From Limisphaerales bacterium (GTDB taxonomy: Bacteria > Verrucomicrobiota > Verrucomicrobiia > Limisphaerales > JADJPG01): DNA of 64,000 bases. The position numbers were made by a program, and so were the translations under genes. The notes under the pieces are model-generated. The model ran no database searches. It saw only the letters and a list, made by a program, of their open reading frames with translations, and was not told where the DNA came from. The DNA lies in the NCBI GenBank assembly GCA_044229355.1, contig JBGATF010000012.1, positions 13,522 to 77,521 of the forward strand, given 5' to 3'. Position 1 is the first letter of the stretch, and every line of letters starts with the position of its first letter. Below are positions 7,995-16,723 of the stretch, piece after piece.

Positions 7995-10903
7995 TTGGCG
8001 CCCTTCTGCTGCAACGCCTCCACCGGCAGCGAGACGCTCGGGGCAAATTCAGCGCGGAGGCCATATTGCACGAGCTGGTCCAGGAAATAAACGGCGCACG
8101 GATCCGATTTGGCCAGGCCCCGCGCAAAGTTGAACCCGCTGACCAGAAGCTTGCCCCGCCCGATGTTCGCCTCGAACAAATAGGCCCGATTGGCCAGCCG
8201 CGTTGGCCGATCAATGCAACGGACCAGCGGCGCGACCTTCACCGGCAAGCCGTCGAGCAGCACGCTCTTCGAGCCTTGAATCAAATCGTAGAACTGCAGG
8301 TCGCACCACCCGTCGGTCTGCATGGCGGGCAGCGCCGGATGCCGCTGATCCACCAAGGTCCCGGAGGGGCCGCCGCCATCCCAGGACGACAGCCGGAAAT
8401 TCGTCTTCTCTGTAGCAAACACCGGCTCGGGATCGAGCAACAGGACCCGGCGGCCCCTCTCCAATCGTTCCAGCGCATCCGGCGTCAGCTCCCGCGTCAC
8501 GAGCAGTTCCGCCTGGTCACGCGGCGGCGCGTCCGGCGCGCGAGCGACGGCCGGGTAAAGATTGGTGATGGCGTCCACTCCGCGGAATTCGACCCGGGGA
8601 TCCATCGCGGCCGGTTCGGGAAAAACCCACAAGTCCCACGAGTTTTCCGCCCGGCCGGCGTTGTCATCCAGTGCCACCGATAACGTCAGGCGCTGCACTT
8701 CGCCGGCGGGAGGAAATCGAATCGTCAGCGGAGGCAGTTGCTGGACCCCGGTCGCCTCGATCCGCAGGTTGTCCTGGACGCCCGCGGCCACCGGGTCGCT
8801 CCCGCGCTTCAGCGCCCAGCGCAGGGACGCCGCGGCGGACGGCGCATCTTCAAAACGCGACACGGCGAAGTGAATTTCAGCCTGCTCACCCGCCCGCCAG
8901 TTGCGGCGGGGCGCGTCGAGAAGAACCACGGTGGGCGCGTTGAACTGCCGGAACCGCTCCGCCGTCACGCCTTTGGGCTGAAGAAACATGTCGACCACCC
9001 CCTCGGCACAATTGGGGTAATCCTGGAAAAGCCAGACTGACGTGCCGCTCAATCCAGAGCGGCGGGCCGCTTCCAGGTTGCACTTCAGCGAGGCCGCCTG
9101 CAGCCGGTAGGAAGCCGCCAGCCACTCGGGGTAGAACGCCGTCACCCCGTTGCGCGCCGCCAAATCACGCGCCTGCAGCAGCCAATACGGACGCAAGCCG
9201 CGCGCGAATCGATCGAGCTGCTGCAAGTCCGGCAGCGTGACGAAGTAACCCATCTCATGCGCGATGACCGGCTTGGTGAGATTCGACGGCAACGCATACT
9301 TCCCGTCTTGAAACCCGATGGAGCTGCCCTCGTTGAATTGCACGACCGTGAAGTCGAGCGTCTCGCGATCCTTGTGCTTGAAGTTGCATCCATCCGAATC
9401 GATGATCGGCCGGGTCGGGTCGAGCTGTTTCGCCAGCCGGTACATTTCCGGGGCGAGATCAAACGAGTTGTAGAGCTCGTTGCCCATGCACCAGGTCACA
9501 ATCGACGGGTGGTTGCGATTCTGTCGGATGGCCGCCTCCCATTGCTCCAGCGCCGCGCGCCGCGCCGGCTCGGCCTTGGGCAAATCCCACGCGTAGGCGA
9601 ACGGAAACTCGGGTTGCAACATCATGCCCAACTCATCCGCCACCTCGAGATACTCCTCCGGCGGCGTCCAGCTGTGATGCCGCACATAATTGAAACCGTA
9701 TTGCCGGGACAGCGCCAGGCGCCGCCGGAACTCTTCCCGATCCGACGGCGGGCAGATGGTGTTCGGAAAGATGCAGTCCTCGCCGTAGCCGCGCAGAAAA
9801 ATGGGCTGGCCGTTCAGCTGAAACCCGCCGTTCGCCACCTTGAACTCCCGCAGGCCAAACCGCACCGAACGCACATCCGCCTCCCGTCCGTTCGCCCGCA
9901 ACCGCACGCGCGCAGTGTAAAGATACGGCGACCGCGGCGACCAAAGCCTGGGCTCCGGCAGACGGACGGTCCACGCCGTCTCGCGGTCGCCCGCAGGAAT
10001 CGACGCGGGCGCCGAAACCACCCGGGCCTGGTTCGTGTCGAGGATTTCCGCCTCCAACGCCAGGCCGCCGTCGCTGACAGGTTCCACCGCCACCCGGATC
10101 TCCACCGTCCCGTCGGCCACGTGCGGCACGACAAACAGATCGTGCATGCGGACCGCGTCCACCGCCTCGAGCCAGACCCTGCGGTGCAGCCCTCCCCACG
10201 TGACGTACAGAAAATCGAGCGTGTCCAGGCAGCCCATCAGAGGATCGACGTCCCGGTTGCGCCGCGCGTCGACCCGCACCACGACGGTGAACGACTCGCC
10301 AGGCTTGGCGAACGGCGACACGTCGACGGCAAAGGGCGTGAGGTAGGACCGATGGCGCGCCGCCGGCTTTCCATTGATCCACACCTCCGCGTCCCGATGA
10401 ACGCCGCCGAAGATCAACCGCGGCTTTCGCCCCTCCCAGCCGGCCGGCACCTGAACCTTCGTGCGATACCACGCTGGCCCGGGGAACACGCTGTAAACCC
10501 GGTCCGCCTCGCGCTCCGGCCCGAGCGTCGAAGCCGGCACGCCCCGGGTGTTCAATTGCCGAGCCTCATACTCGCGCAGCAATGGCTCGGACTCGAACCC
10601 GAAGCCCTGCGCATTCCACGCGCCCGGCACACGAATCTTCCGATCGTAAGGCGCACCCACCTCGAACCACTTCTCCTCCCGCCCCACGTCGCGCGGGTCC
10701 ATCTTGAACTCCCACTCGCCCGAGAGATCGAACGACGGCCGGTCCGCCGAAGGACCCGGCAGCGTCTCAATCGGCCGTGCCGGCGCCGGTGCGGGCGCGG
10801 GTACCGGTGCCGGCGCGGCGCCCACCACCGACCACGTGGTCAACAGTCCGACGATCGCGGCAACTCGCGGGCCGCCTGGCAAAAGGAAGAATGGCGTTCT
10901 CAT
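7991..10903 (-). CDS. Glycoside hydrolase family 2-like protein, secreted
   Basis: Signal peptide from MRTPFFLLPGG (ATG 10903). GH2 sugar-binding jelly-roll (WYRTKVQVPAGWEGRKPRLIFGGVHRDAEVWINGKPA). TIM-barrel region (NGQPIFLRGYG, FNYVRHHSW, NHPSIVTWCMGNELYN). Long C-terminal accessory region. Confidence 0.85.
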   Translation of the reverse strand: MRTPFFLLPGGPRVAAIVGLLTTWSVVGAAPAPVPAPAPAPARPIETLPGPSADRPSFDLSGEWEFKMDPRDVGREEKWFEVGAPYDRKIRVPGAWNAQGFGFESEPLLREYEARQLNTRGVPASTLGPEREADRVYSVFPGPAWYRTKVQVPAGWEGRKPRLIFGGVHRDAEVWINGKPAARHRSYLTPFAVDVSPFAKPGESFTVVVRVDARRNRDVDPLMGCLDTLDFLYVTWGGLHRRVWLEAVDAVRMHDLFVVPHVADGTVEIRVAVEPVSDGGLALEAEILDTNQARVVSAPASIPAGDRETAWTVRLPEPRLWSPRSPYLYTARVRLRANGREADVRSVRFGLREFKVANGGFQLNGQPIFLRGYGEDCIFPNTICPPSDREEFRRRLALSRQYGFNYVRHHSWTPPEEYLEVADELGMMLQPEFPFAYAWDLPKAEPARRAALEQWEAAIRQNRNHPSIVTWCMGNELYNSFDLAPEMYRLAKQLDPTRPIIDSDGCNFKHKDRETLDFTVVQFNEGSSIGFQDGKYALPSNLTKPVIAHEMGYFVTLPDLQQLDRFARGLRPYWLLQARDLAARNGVTAFYPEWLAASYRLQAASLKCNLEAARRSGLSGTSVWLFQDYPNCAEGVVDMFLQPKGVTAERFRQFNAPTVVLLDAPRRNWRAGEQAEIHFAVSRFEDAPSAAASLRWALKRGSDPVAAGVQDNLRIEATGVQQLPPLTIRFPPAGEVQRLTLSVALDDNAGRAENSWDLWVFPEPAAMDPRVEFRGVDAITNLYPAVARAPDAPPRDQAELLVTRELTPDALERLERGRRVLLLDPEPVFATEKTNFRLSSWDGGGPSGTLVDQRHPALPAMQTDGWCDLQFYDLIQGSKSVLLDGLPVKVAPLVRCIDRPTRLANRAYLFEANIGRGKLLVSGFNFARGLAKSDPCAVYFLDQLVQYGLRAEFAPSVSLPVEALQQKGAK

Positions 10904-10940
10904 GATATGGTCATTGGCTTCGCATCCGGACGCTTCATGG

Positions 10941-12101
10941 TCATGGTCGTGCCGGCGCACCCGGCGTGGATCTGGCCGGCAACGGGATGAGCGGCCAGCC
11001 CTCCGTGCCGAGGCGTAAATCGCGCTCGACGAACTCCCAAATCACCACGCGCTTGTTTTCCAGAAGCGCCGCGCGCCGAAACAATTCCTGCCGCACCAGC
11101 GTGGAGGCGCCGCCATCGTTGATGATACTGGCCACGGGGCGCCCCAACTTCCGCGCCAGGTGCGCCACGAAACCGGCGCCTCCCGGCGCGTCCTGCTGGA
11201 AGATGCGCAGAAAACTGTCCCCCATCACCAGAACATCCGAGATGGCGTCGTCCGCGTAGACTGCGCCGCTCTCGGAACGGACGACCTGCGAGCACGCGCT
11301 CGTTTCCGGCCGGACGCGCCGCTCGATCACGGGCGAGCGGGCCATGCGGATGAGATCGCCAGGACGGGAAACGGACGCAGGCCGGACGTCAAAGGCCGTG
11401 TGGCTGTTTGTCAGCAGCCCGGAGGAGCGGAGGTGTTGGGCGACGGCTTCGGCGGCCACCTCGAGGCCGGCGGGCGACCAATGACTGTCCTGCGACAGGT
11501 AGAGCGGTTCCGCCGAAGCTCGGCGGCGCTCTCGATAGAGCGCGAACAGGTCGATCACATCCACCCCCGAGTCCCGGCAGCCGGCGAGAAATGCCCGCGT
11601 GTCAGCGCTCAGGATGTCCGCCGGCGGCGGCGCCCAAGGCGCCAGCTTGTCGGGATAAACGCTCTCCTTGTTCGGCGCCGGCATGATCACCAGCCGGATG
11701 CCGCGCGCAGCGAGGTCATCCCGAAATTGCACCACGGCCGCCAGCGCGTCGCCGACGGTGGCCTCGCCTGCCTGCGGCCGCTGCGTGAGAAAGGCAATCC
11801 CCGGCTGGTAAAACCACCAGCCCGCGCGGCTGATCCGCGCCTTGGCCCCGCCGTCGCACAGCGCAAAATACTCCAGGGCCTGCCACCAAGGTCGGAGCGC
11901 CCGCGCCACGACGCTCGCCTCCTCCATCGACTTTTCAAAGGCGCGGAGGTTCCCGGGCGTCGGCCACCGCAGGAATACCTCCAGGGCCAGCGGCCGCCCG
12001 CCGCGCCCCGCCTCGGCCGCAACCTGGATCAGCGGCGGCGCCAAAATCAGGGCCAGAAAGACCCCGATCAAAAATCGCTGGGGGCCGGAGCCGTGCATCA
12101 C
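10941..12101 (-). CDS. AlgX/AlgJ-like SGNH-type polysaccharide O-acetyltransferase/esterase, membrane-anchored
   Basis: N-terminal TM helix (FLIGVFLALILAPPLI), SQDSHWSP (D-x-H-W, as in AlgJ/AlgX), VLVMGDSF (GDS). The start overlaps the upstream stop (GTGATG). Confidence 0.65.
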   Translation of the reverse strand: MMHGSGPQRFLIGVFLALILAPPLIQVAAEAGRGGRPLALEVFLRWPTPGNLRAFEKSMEEASVVARALRPWWQALEYFALCDGGAKARISRAGWWFYQPGIAFLTQRPQAGEATVGDALAAVVQFRDDLAARGIRLVIMPAPNKESVYPDKLAPWAPPPADILSADTRAFLAGCRDSGVDVIDLFALYRERRRASAEPLYLSQDSHWSPAGLEVAAEAVAQHLRSSGLLTNSHTAFDVRPASVSRPGDLIRMARSPVIERRVRPETSACSQVVRSESGAVYADDAISDVLVMGDSFLRIFQQDAPGGAGFVAHLARKLGRPVASIINDGGASTLVRQELFRRAALLENKRVVIWEFVERDLRLGTEGWPLIPLPARSTPGAPARP

Positions 12102-13630
12102 GCAAGGGAGGGCACCACGAAGGGCGGCCGATACTCGCGAGTGAGCAGCCGGTTGGCGTCAGCCGCGCGGTCGCCCACAAATTGCTCCGTCATCACATCG
12201 AACGTCAGCAACGGGCCCGTCACTTGTCGTGGGACGAACTCGATCGCGTTGGCCCGAAGATGTTCGCGATATCGCGCGAGCGCGTCCGCCAGCACCGGGT
12301 TCGCCGCCAGCGCTGCACCCGCCGGCTCGCCCGCCCCGGCCCGGCCCAGACGATGCGAAATGTTGGCCTGATGACAACACGCCGCGGAAAGATGTCCCTC
12401 CAGAATTTCGGCATGCAATTCGTCAGGCCGCCGGCGGCGGACCGCCGCGATAAAGTTGGCCAGATGCCCGCCGTCCATCTCGCCCCACGGCGCCGGACCG
12501 AACTTCCGGATCACGCGTCCCTCCCGGTCCGACGCCGTGGCGTTCAGATGCGCCCCCGCCAACGAGCCCCCGTCAAATTCCAGCACCATCCCGACCGACG
12601 TTCCGCGGAACGAATCCATCGTCTTCGAGCCGGCCTTGTCCGGCAGTCCGCGAATCTCGCAATAGATTGGCGCCGGCGAAAAATCAAAGCAGGCGACCTG
12701 GGTGTTGGGCGTCTCGCCGTCGTCTTCGAAGCCAAACCGCCCGCCGACACTCACCACGCGGGGCGCCGAGGTCCCCAGCTTCATCATCCAGCGACACATG
12801 TCGAGGTAGTGAACTCCGTTGTTCCCCATCTCCCCTGAGCCGGTCGACCACACCCAATGCCAGTCGTAATGGAGCTGCTTTCGCCGCAGCGGCACCTTCT
12901 CCGCCGGCCCGCACCAAAGATCGTAATCCACCCCCGCCGGCGCCGGGTTCGGCAACGCGCTGCGTCCGATGCCGGCCCGCTGGCGATAAAGGACGATGCG
13001 CGCGAAGCGCAGCGCGCCCAGTTCGCCACGCTCCAGCCACGCGTGCGCCTCCCGCAGCACCGGGCTCGATCGCGCCTGGGTCCCCGCTTGCACCACGCGC
13101 CCGTACTTTCGCGCCGCCGCCACCATCTGCCGCCCCTCCCAGATGTTGTGCGAAACGGGCTTCTCGACGTAGACGTCCTTGCCGGCCTGGCAGGCCCAGA
13201 TCGTGGCCAGCGCGTGCCAGTGGTTGGGCGTCGCCACCACCACCGCATCGATGTCCTTGTCGTCACAGACCCGGCGCAGGTCGGAATACTGGGCCGTCTG
13301 AATTCCCTGGTCTTTCAACTCGGCGGCCTTGCGCTGGAGGTGGTCCCGATCCACGTCGCACAACGCCACGATGCGCGTGCCCGGGACCTTGCGGAGCGAG
13401 TCAATCAGCTGGTGGCCCCGGCCGCCCACGCCACCGACCGCCTCCTTCGATCCAATCCCCACGATCGCGACGCGCACGTCGCCGTTGGCCCCCTCGGGCC
13501 TGGCCGGCGGTGACGCCGGACGTGCGCGCGTCGCTCCTGGCAGCGCCAGGGCGAGGGCACCCGTGCCGACCCGCTTGAGGAAGTCGCGGCGTTGAGTTCG
13601 TCCCGCCGCGGAGTGTTCTCTGGATTTCAT
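12098..13630 (-). CDS. Gfo/Idh/MocA-family oxidoreductase with twin-arginine signal
   Basis: TAT motif RRDFLKRVGTGALALALP after ATG 13630 (MKSREHS). Rossmann VRVAIVGIGS, VYVEKPVSH (EKP motif). The 71-codon N-terminal extension in the track ORF is compositional. Confidence 0.9.
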   Translation of the reverse strand: MKSREHSAAGRTQRRDFLKRVGTGALALALPGATRARPASPPARPEGANGDVRVAIVGIGSKEAVGGVGGRGHQLIDSLRKVPGTRIVALCDVDRDHLQRKAAELKDQGIQTAQYSDLRRVCDDKDIDAVVVATPNHWHALATIWACQAGKDVYVEKPVSHNIWEGRQMVAAARKYGRVVQAGTQARSSPVLREAHAWLERGELGALRFARIVLYRQRAGIGRSALPNPAPAGVDYDLWCGPAEKVPLRRKQLHYDWHWVWSTGSGEMGNNGVHYLDMCRWMMKLGTSAPRVVSVGGRFGFEDDGETPNTQVACFDFSPAPIYCEIRGLPDKAGSKTMDSFRGTSVGMVLEFDGGSLAGAHLNATASDREGRVIRKFGPAPWGEMDGGHLANFIAAVRRRRPDELHAEILEGHLSAACCHQANISHRLGRAGAGEPAGAALAANPVLADALARYREHLRANAIEFVPRQVTGPLLTFDVMTEQFVGDRAADANRLLTREYRPPFVVPSLA

Positions 13631-13673
13631 GGGAGTTTTTCGAAGTGGGTGCAAGGGCCCATCGGGTTTCGGG

Positions 13674-15083
13674 TCAGAACTGAAAATACAGGAAAGGGTT
13701 GGCCGCTTGCGAGAACATGGCGACGAGGGCCAACGCAAACGTGGGCGCCAGCACCACGGCCTTGGGCCAGGAGACCTCCTCGCTCCACTCATGCGCCTGG
13801 CGAGGCACAAACAGGACGAGGGCCGCCGCGCCCATATGGACAAGCGCGCTGGGCCCGTAGAGCTCCGCGTTGATCAGCGCCGTGATTTCGTTCGGCGCCC
13901 CGCCTCCGAACATGAACCGGAAGTAATTGACCGCGGCTGGCAGGGATTCGGCGCGGAACCAGACCCACGAGCCGAGCACAATCACGAACGTGGCCGCCAC
14001 GCGCACGGCTTGCGGCAGCCGTTGATAAATGGGCGTGCGACCGGCCCACCGCTCGGCGATCAGCCACGCCCCGTGGTAGGCGCCCCACACGATGAACGTC
14101 CAGTTGGCGCCGTGCCACAGCCCGCCCAGGAGCATGACCACCGCGAGGTTCGCGTAGGTGCGCCCGGACCCATGCCGATTGCCGCCCAGCGGTATGTAGA
14201 GGTAATCGCGGAGGAACGTGCTCAGGGAGATGTGCCAGCGCCGCCAGAAGTCCGTGATGCTCTCAGCCCGATACGGCGAGTCGAAATTCTTCATGAACTC
14301 GAACCCAAAAAGGCGGCCGAGCCCCACCGCCATGTCCGAGTAACCGCAGAAATCGAAATAGATTTGCATGGCGTAGGCGACGACTCCGAACCACGCGGCG
14401 GGCGCGTCGAGCGCGCTCGCGCCGAAGGCGGTGTCCGCCACCGTGCCCAGCGGATTGGCCAGCAGCACCTTCTTGGCGAAGCCCAGGATGAACAACGCCA
14501 CGCCTGCCGCGAACCGCGCACTGGAGTGCACACGATCCTGGAGGTCGTGCGCCACGGTGTTGTAGCGAATGATGGGACCGGCGATCGATTGCGGGAAAAG
14601 TGCGATGTAACACGCGAAGTCGCCAAAGGACCGCGCGACCGGCGCCGTGCCCCGATAAACGTCCACCGCATAGCTGAGGGCGTGAAAGATGTAGAAGGAG
14701 ATGCCGATCGGCAGCACCACCTGCCAGACCCGCACACCCGGCGCCCCGAACCACGACATCACCAAGTTCCAGTTCGTCTGCAGAAAGACCCAGTACTTGA
14801 AAAAACAGAGCAGGCCGAGGCTCAGGACGATCGCGGCCGTGACGCTGGCCCGGCGCTGCGCCGCGCTGGCCCCCGGCGCGGCCAGGAGACGGCCGCAGGC
14901 ATAGTTCACCACCGTCACGAATAACATCAGCAGGACGAACCACGGATTCAGCCAGCCGTAGAACAGGTAGCTCGTGACCAGCAGCCACGCGTTGCGCCAC
15001 GCCGACCGCGCCGGCAACGCGTAATACCCCGCCAGCACCAGGGTCAGAAAATAGAAGACAAACGTGGAGGACGTGAAAACCAT
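13674..15083 (-). CDS. MBOAT-family membrane O-acyltransferase (AlgI/DltB-like)
   Basis: Multi-pass hydrophobic protein with hallmark FWRRWHISLSTFLRDYLYIPLGGNR (invariant His) and LGGLWHGANW. Start at MVFTSSTF (ATG 15083), 4 nt after the upstream stop. Confidence 0.9.
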   Translation of the reverse strand: MVFTSSTFVFYFLTLVLAGYYALPARSAWRNAWLLVTSYLFYGWLNPWFVLLMLFVTVVNYACGRLLAAPGASAAQRRASVTAAIVLSLGLLCFFKYWVFLQTNWNLVMSWFGAPGVRVWQVVLPIGISFYIFHALSYAVDVYRGTAPVARSFGDFACYIALFPQSIAGPIIRYNTVAHDLQDRVHSSARFAAGVALFILGFAKKVLLANPLGTVADTAFGASALDAPAAWFGVVAYAMQIYFDFCGYSDMAVGLGRLFGFEFMKNFDSPYRAESITDFWRRWHISLSTFLRDYLYIPLGGNRHGSGRTYANLAVVMLLGGLWHGANWTFIVWGAYHGAWLIAERWAGRTPIYQRLPQAVRVAATFVIVLGSWVWFRAESLPAAVNYFRFMFGGGAPNEITALINAELYGPSALVHMGAAALVLFVPRQAHEWSEEVSWPKAVVLAPTFALALVAMFSQAANPFLYFQF

Positions 15084-15087
15084 GACG

Positions 15088-15678
15088 TCAGTCCGCCTCG
15101 TTGGTCCACACCGCCCAATAAGCGGGGCCGGTGTGATGACCAAAATACTTGTCCACAATCCCGCCCATGAAGAAGTCGTCCATCGGCAACTCGAGGGCCA
15201 TGCGGTGGCGCGCGCCGGCCCGGAATTGGCGGAGCGTGCCCCCGACCTGCTTGGCCCGATTGTCCGCCGCCTCCGCCCGCGGCTTCCACGGATTGTAGTG
15301 ACCCACGTAAATCGTGGCGCCGGGCGCGACCGCGCCGCGGTGCACCGCGACCACTTCGTATTTCAGAATCGTCGCGTAGTCATAAAGGTCCCGCTGGAAG
15401 ATCGCGCCGTCCGGTATCTCCACGAGCCGCGCGGTGACTTCCACGGTCCCGGCCGACTTGACCTGGACGTCCTCCCCGGCGTTCGACCCGGCCCCCGATC
15501 GTCGGTCGCAGGCCGTCAAGCCGCCCAGGATTCCAATCAGCATCAGGAGTGACGCGACGGCCCGCGCGGCGCCGGCTCCACTGCGAGCCAATCGGTTCGC
15601 TGGGTTGATGTGCGAAGCCTGGACAAAACGTGCGCGCCTGGAACGACGCATTTCCGGTTGCAAGTGGTCGTGAGTCAT
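15088..15678 (-). CDS. Hypothetical lipoprotein (first gene of the MBOAT module)
   Basis: Lipobox LMLIGILGGLTAC. No family recognised. Coding-like composition and tight spacing to the MBOAT gene. The start could be 15678 or MRRSRR at 15651. Confidence 0.65.
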   Translation of the reverse strand: MTHDHLQPEMRRSRRARFVQASHINPANRLARSGAGAARAVASLLMLIGILGGLTACDRRSGAGSNAGEDVQVKSAGTVEVTARLVEIPDGAIFQRDLYDYATILKYEVVAVHRGAVAPGATIYVGHYNPWKPRAEAADNRAKQVGGTLRQFRAGARHRMALELPMDDFFMGGIVDKYFGHHTGPAYWAVWTNEAD

Positions 15679-15706
15679 TGGGCAATTCGCGCTCGATCCC
15701 CGAAAC

Positions 15707-16723
15707 CTACGGCCCGGCCTCCTGGCTCAACGTCCAGTGCGGTTCCCAGCCCGCACCCAGGTCGAGCCGGGTCGCGAGCCTGGCTTTGGGATATTGCGCG
15801 CGCAAGGCCGGATCGTTGTCCCCCAACATGGGTGTGTCGGCCCAGCGCACGAGTGCCATCGTGGTCTGGCTGCGACCCACCGCGCCGAGATCGCCCACGC
15901 TGCGGGTGAAGAGCAGATACTTCCCGTCGGGCGACGCGCACGCCCCGTAGATATGCCGGGCGCCTTCCGCGTAAAGCATCCGCCGGTCGCGGCCGTCGCT
16001 CGAGGCCACCCACAATTGCGCGCGCGTGTTTTGCTTCGGCACCGTGCCGCGGGCATAAAGCAGATGCCGCTTGTCCGGATGCCAGTCTGGCGTGCAGTTG
16101 TAACGTTCGGTCTCGCTCACGCCGGTGAGAGCACCCGCCTCCAGTCCCAGACAACCGATGTTCCAATACTCGCCCAGCCCATTGGCCGTGCCCGCGAACG
16201 ATTGGCCGTCCGGCGACCAGACCAGTTGTTGCACGATGCCCCGCCGCGGCAGGGTCCGCACGACCTGCCGGCTGGCCACGTCCACCAGGCAGATCCCCTT
16301 CGGAGTCAGGCAGGCGAACTGCCGGCCATCCGGCCCCCACGAGGCCCACGGAAAATCGCGGCCGTAGCTCACCGGCTTTCGCCCATCCGCCTCCGCGATC
16401 ACCAGCTCGAATGTCCCATAGGTGTTGTTATCCACCGCATCCCGCTTCGGCATCCGGTAGTACAACAGACGCCGGCCGTCCGGCGAATAGCGCACTCCCG
16501 CCTCGTTGAACTCGCGCGTGTCCGTCAGCCCGCGCCGGTCCGATCCATCCGGGCGCATGACGAACAAATCCCAGTCGCCCGCGGACGTCTGGGCGCTGAA
16601 GGCAATCCAGCCATGGTCGTGAACCTCCGCCGCCAACCCCGCGCTGCTGGGCGGTTCATCCGCCAGCCCGGGCGAAGCCAGACCGAAGATCCCCAGCACA
16701 AAGCAAGGCCAGATGGATTTCAT
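15707..16723 (-). CDS. TolB-like (PD40/WD40-like beta-propeller) periplasmic protein, paralogue 2
   Basis: Signal MKSIWPCFVLGIFGLASPGLA. Repeated SPDG motifs (YSPDGRRLLY, WGPDGRQFA, WSPDGQSFA, ASPDGKYLLF). The ATG at 16723 overlaps the upstream stop (ATGA). Only the last 339 codons of track ORF 15707..17869 are real. Confidence 0.8.
   Translation of the reverse strand: MKSIWPCFVLGIFGLASPGLADEPPSSAGLAAEVHDHGWIAFSAQTSAGDWDLFVMRPDGSDRRGLTDTREFNEAGVRYSPDGRRLLYYRMPKRDAVDNNTYGTFELVIAEADGRKPVSYGRDFPWASWGPDGRQFACLTPKGICLVDVASRQVVRTLPRRGIVQQLVWSPDGQSFAGTANGLGEYWNIGCLGLEAGALTGVSETERYNCTPDWHPDKRHLLYARGTVPKQNTRAQLWVASSDGRDRRMLYAEGARHIYGACASPDGKYLLFTRSVGDLGAVGRSQTTMALVRWADTPMLGDNDPALRAQYPKARLATRLDLGAGWEPHWTLSQEAGP

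Noticed and set aside
6999-10990. Plus-strand ORFs 6999..8090 (363 aa) and 9257..10990 (577 aa)
   Set aside because: They are antisense to the ADH, amidohydrolase and GH2 genes, and have no motifs and an Arg-rich composition.
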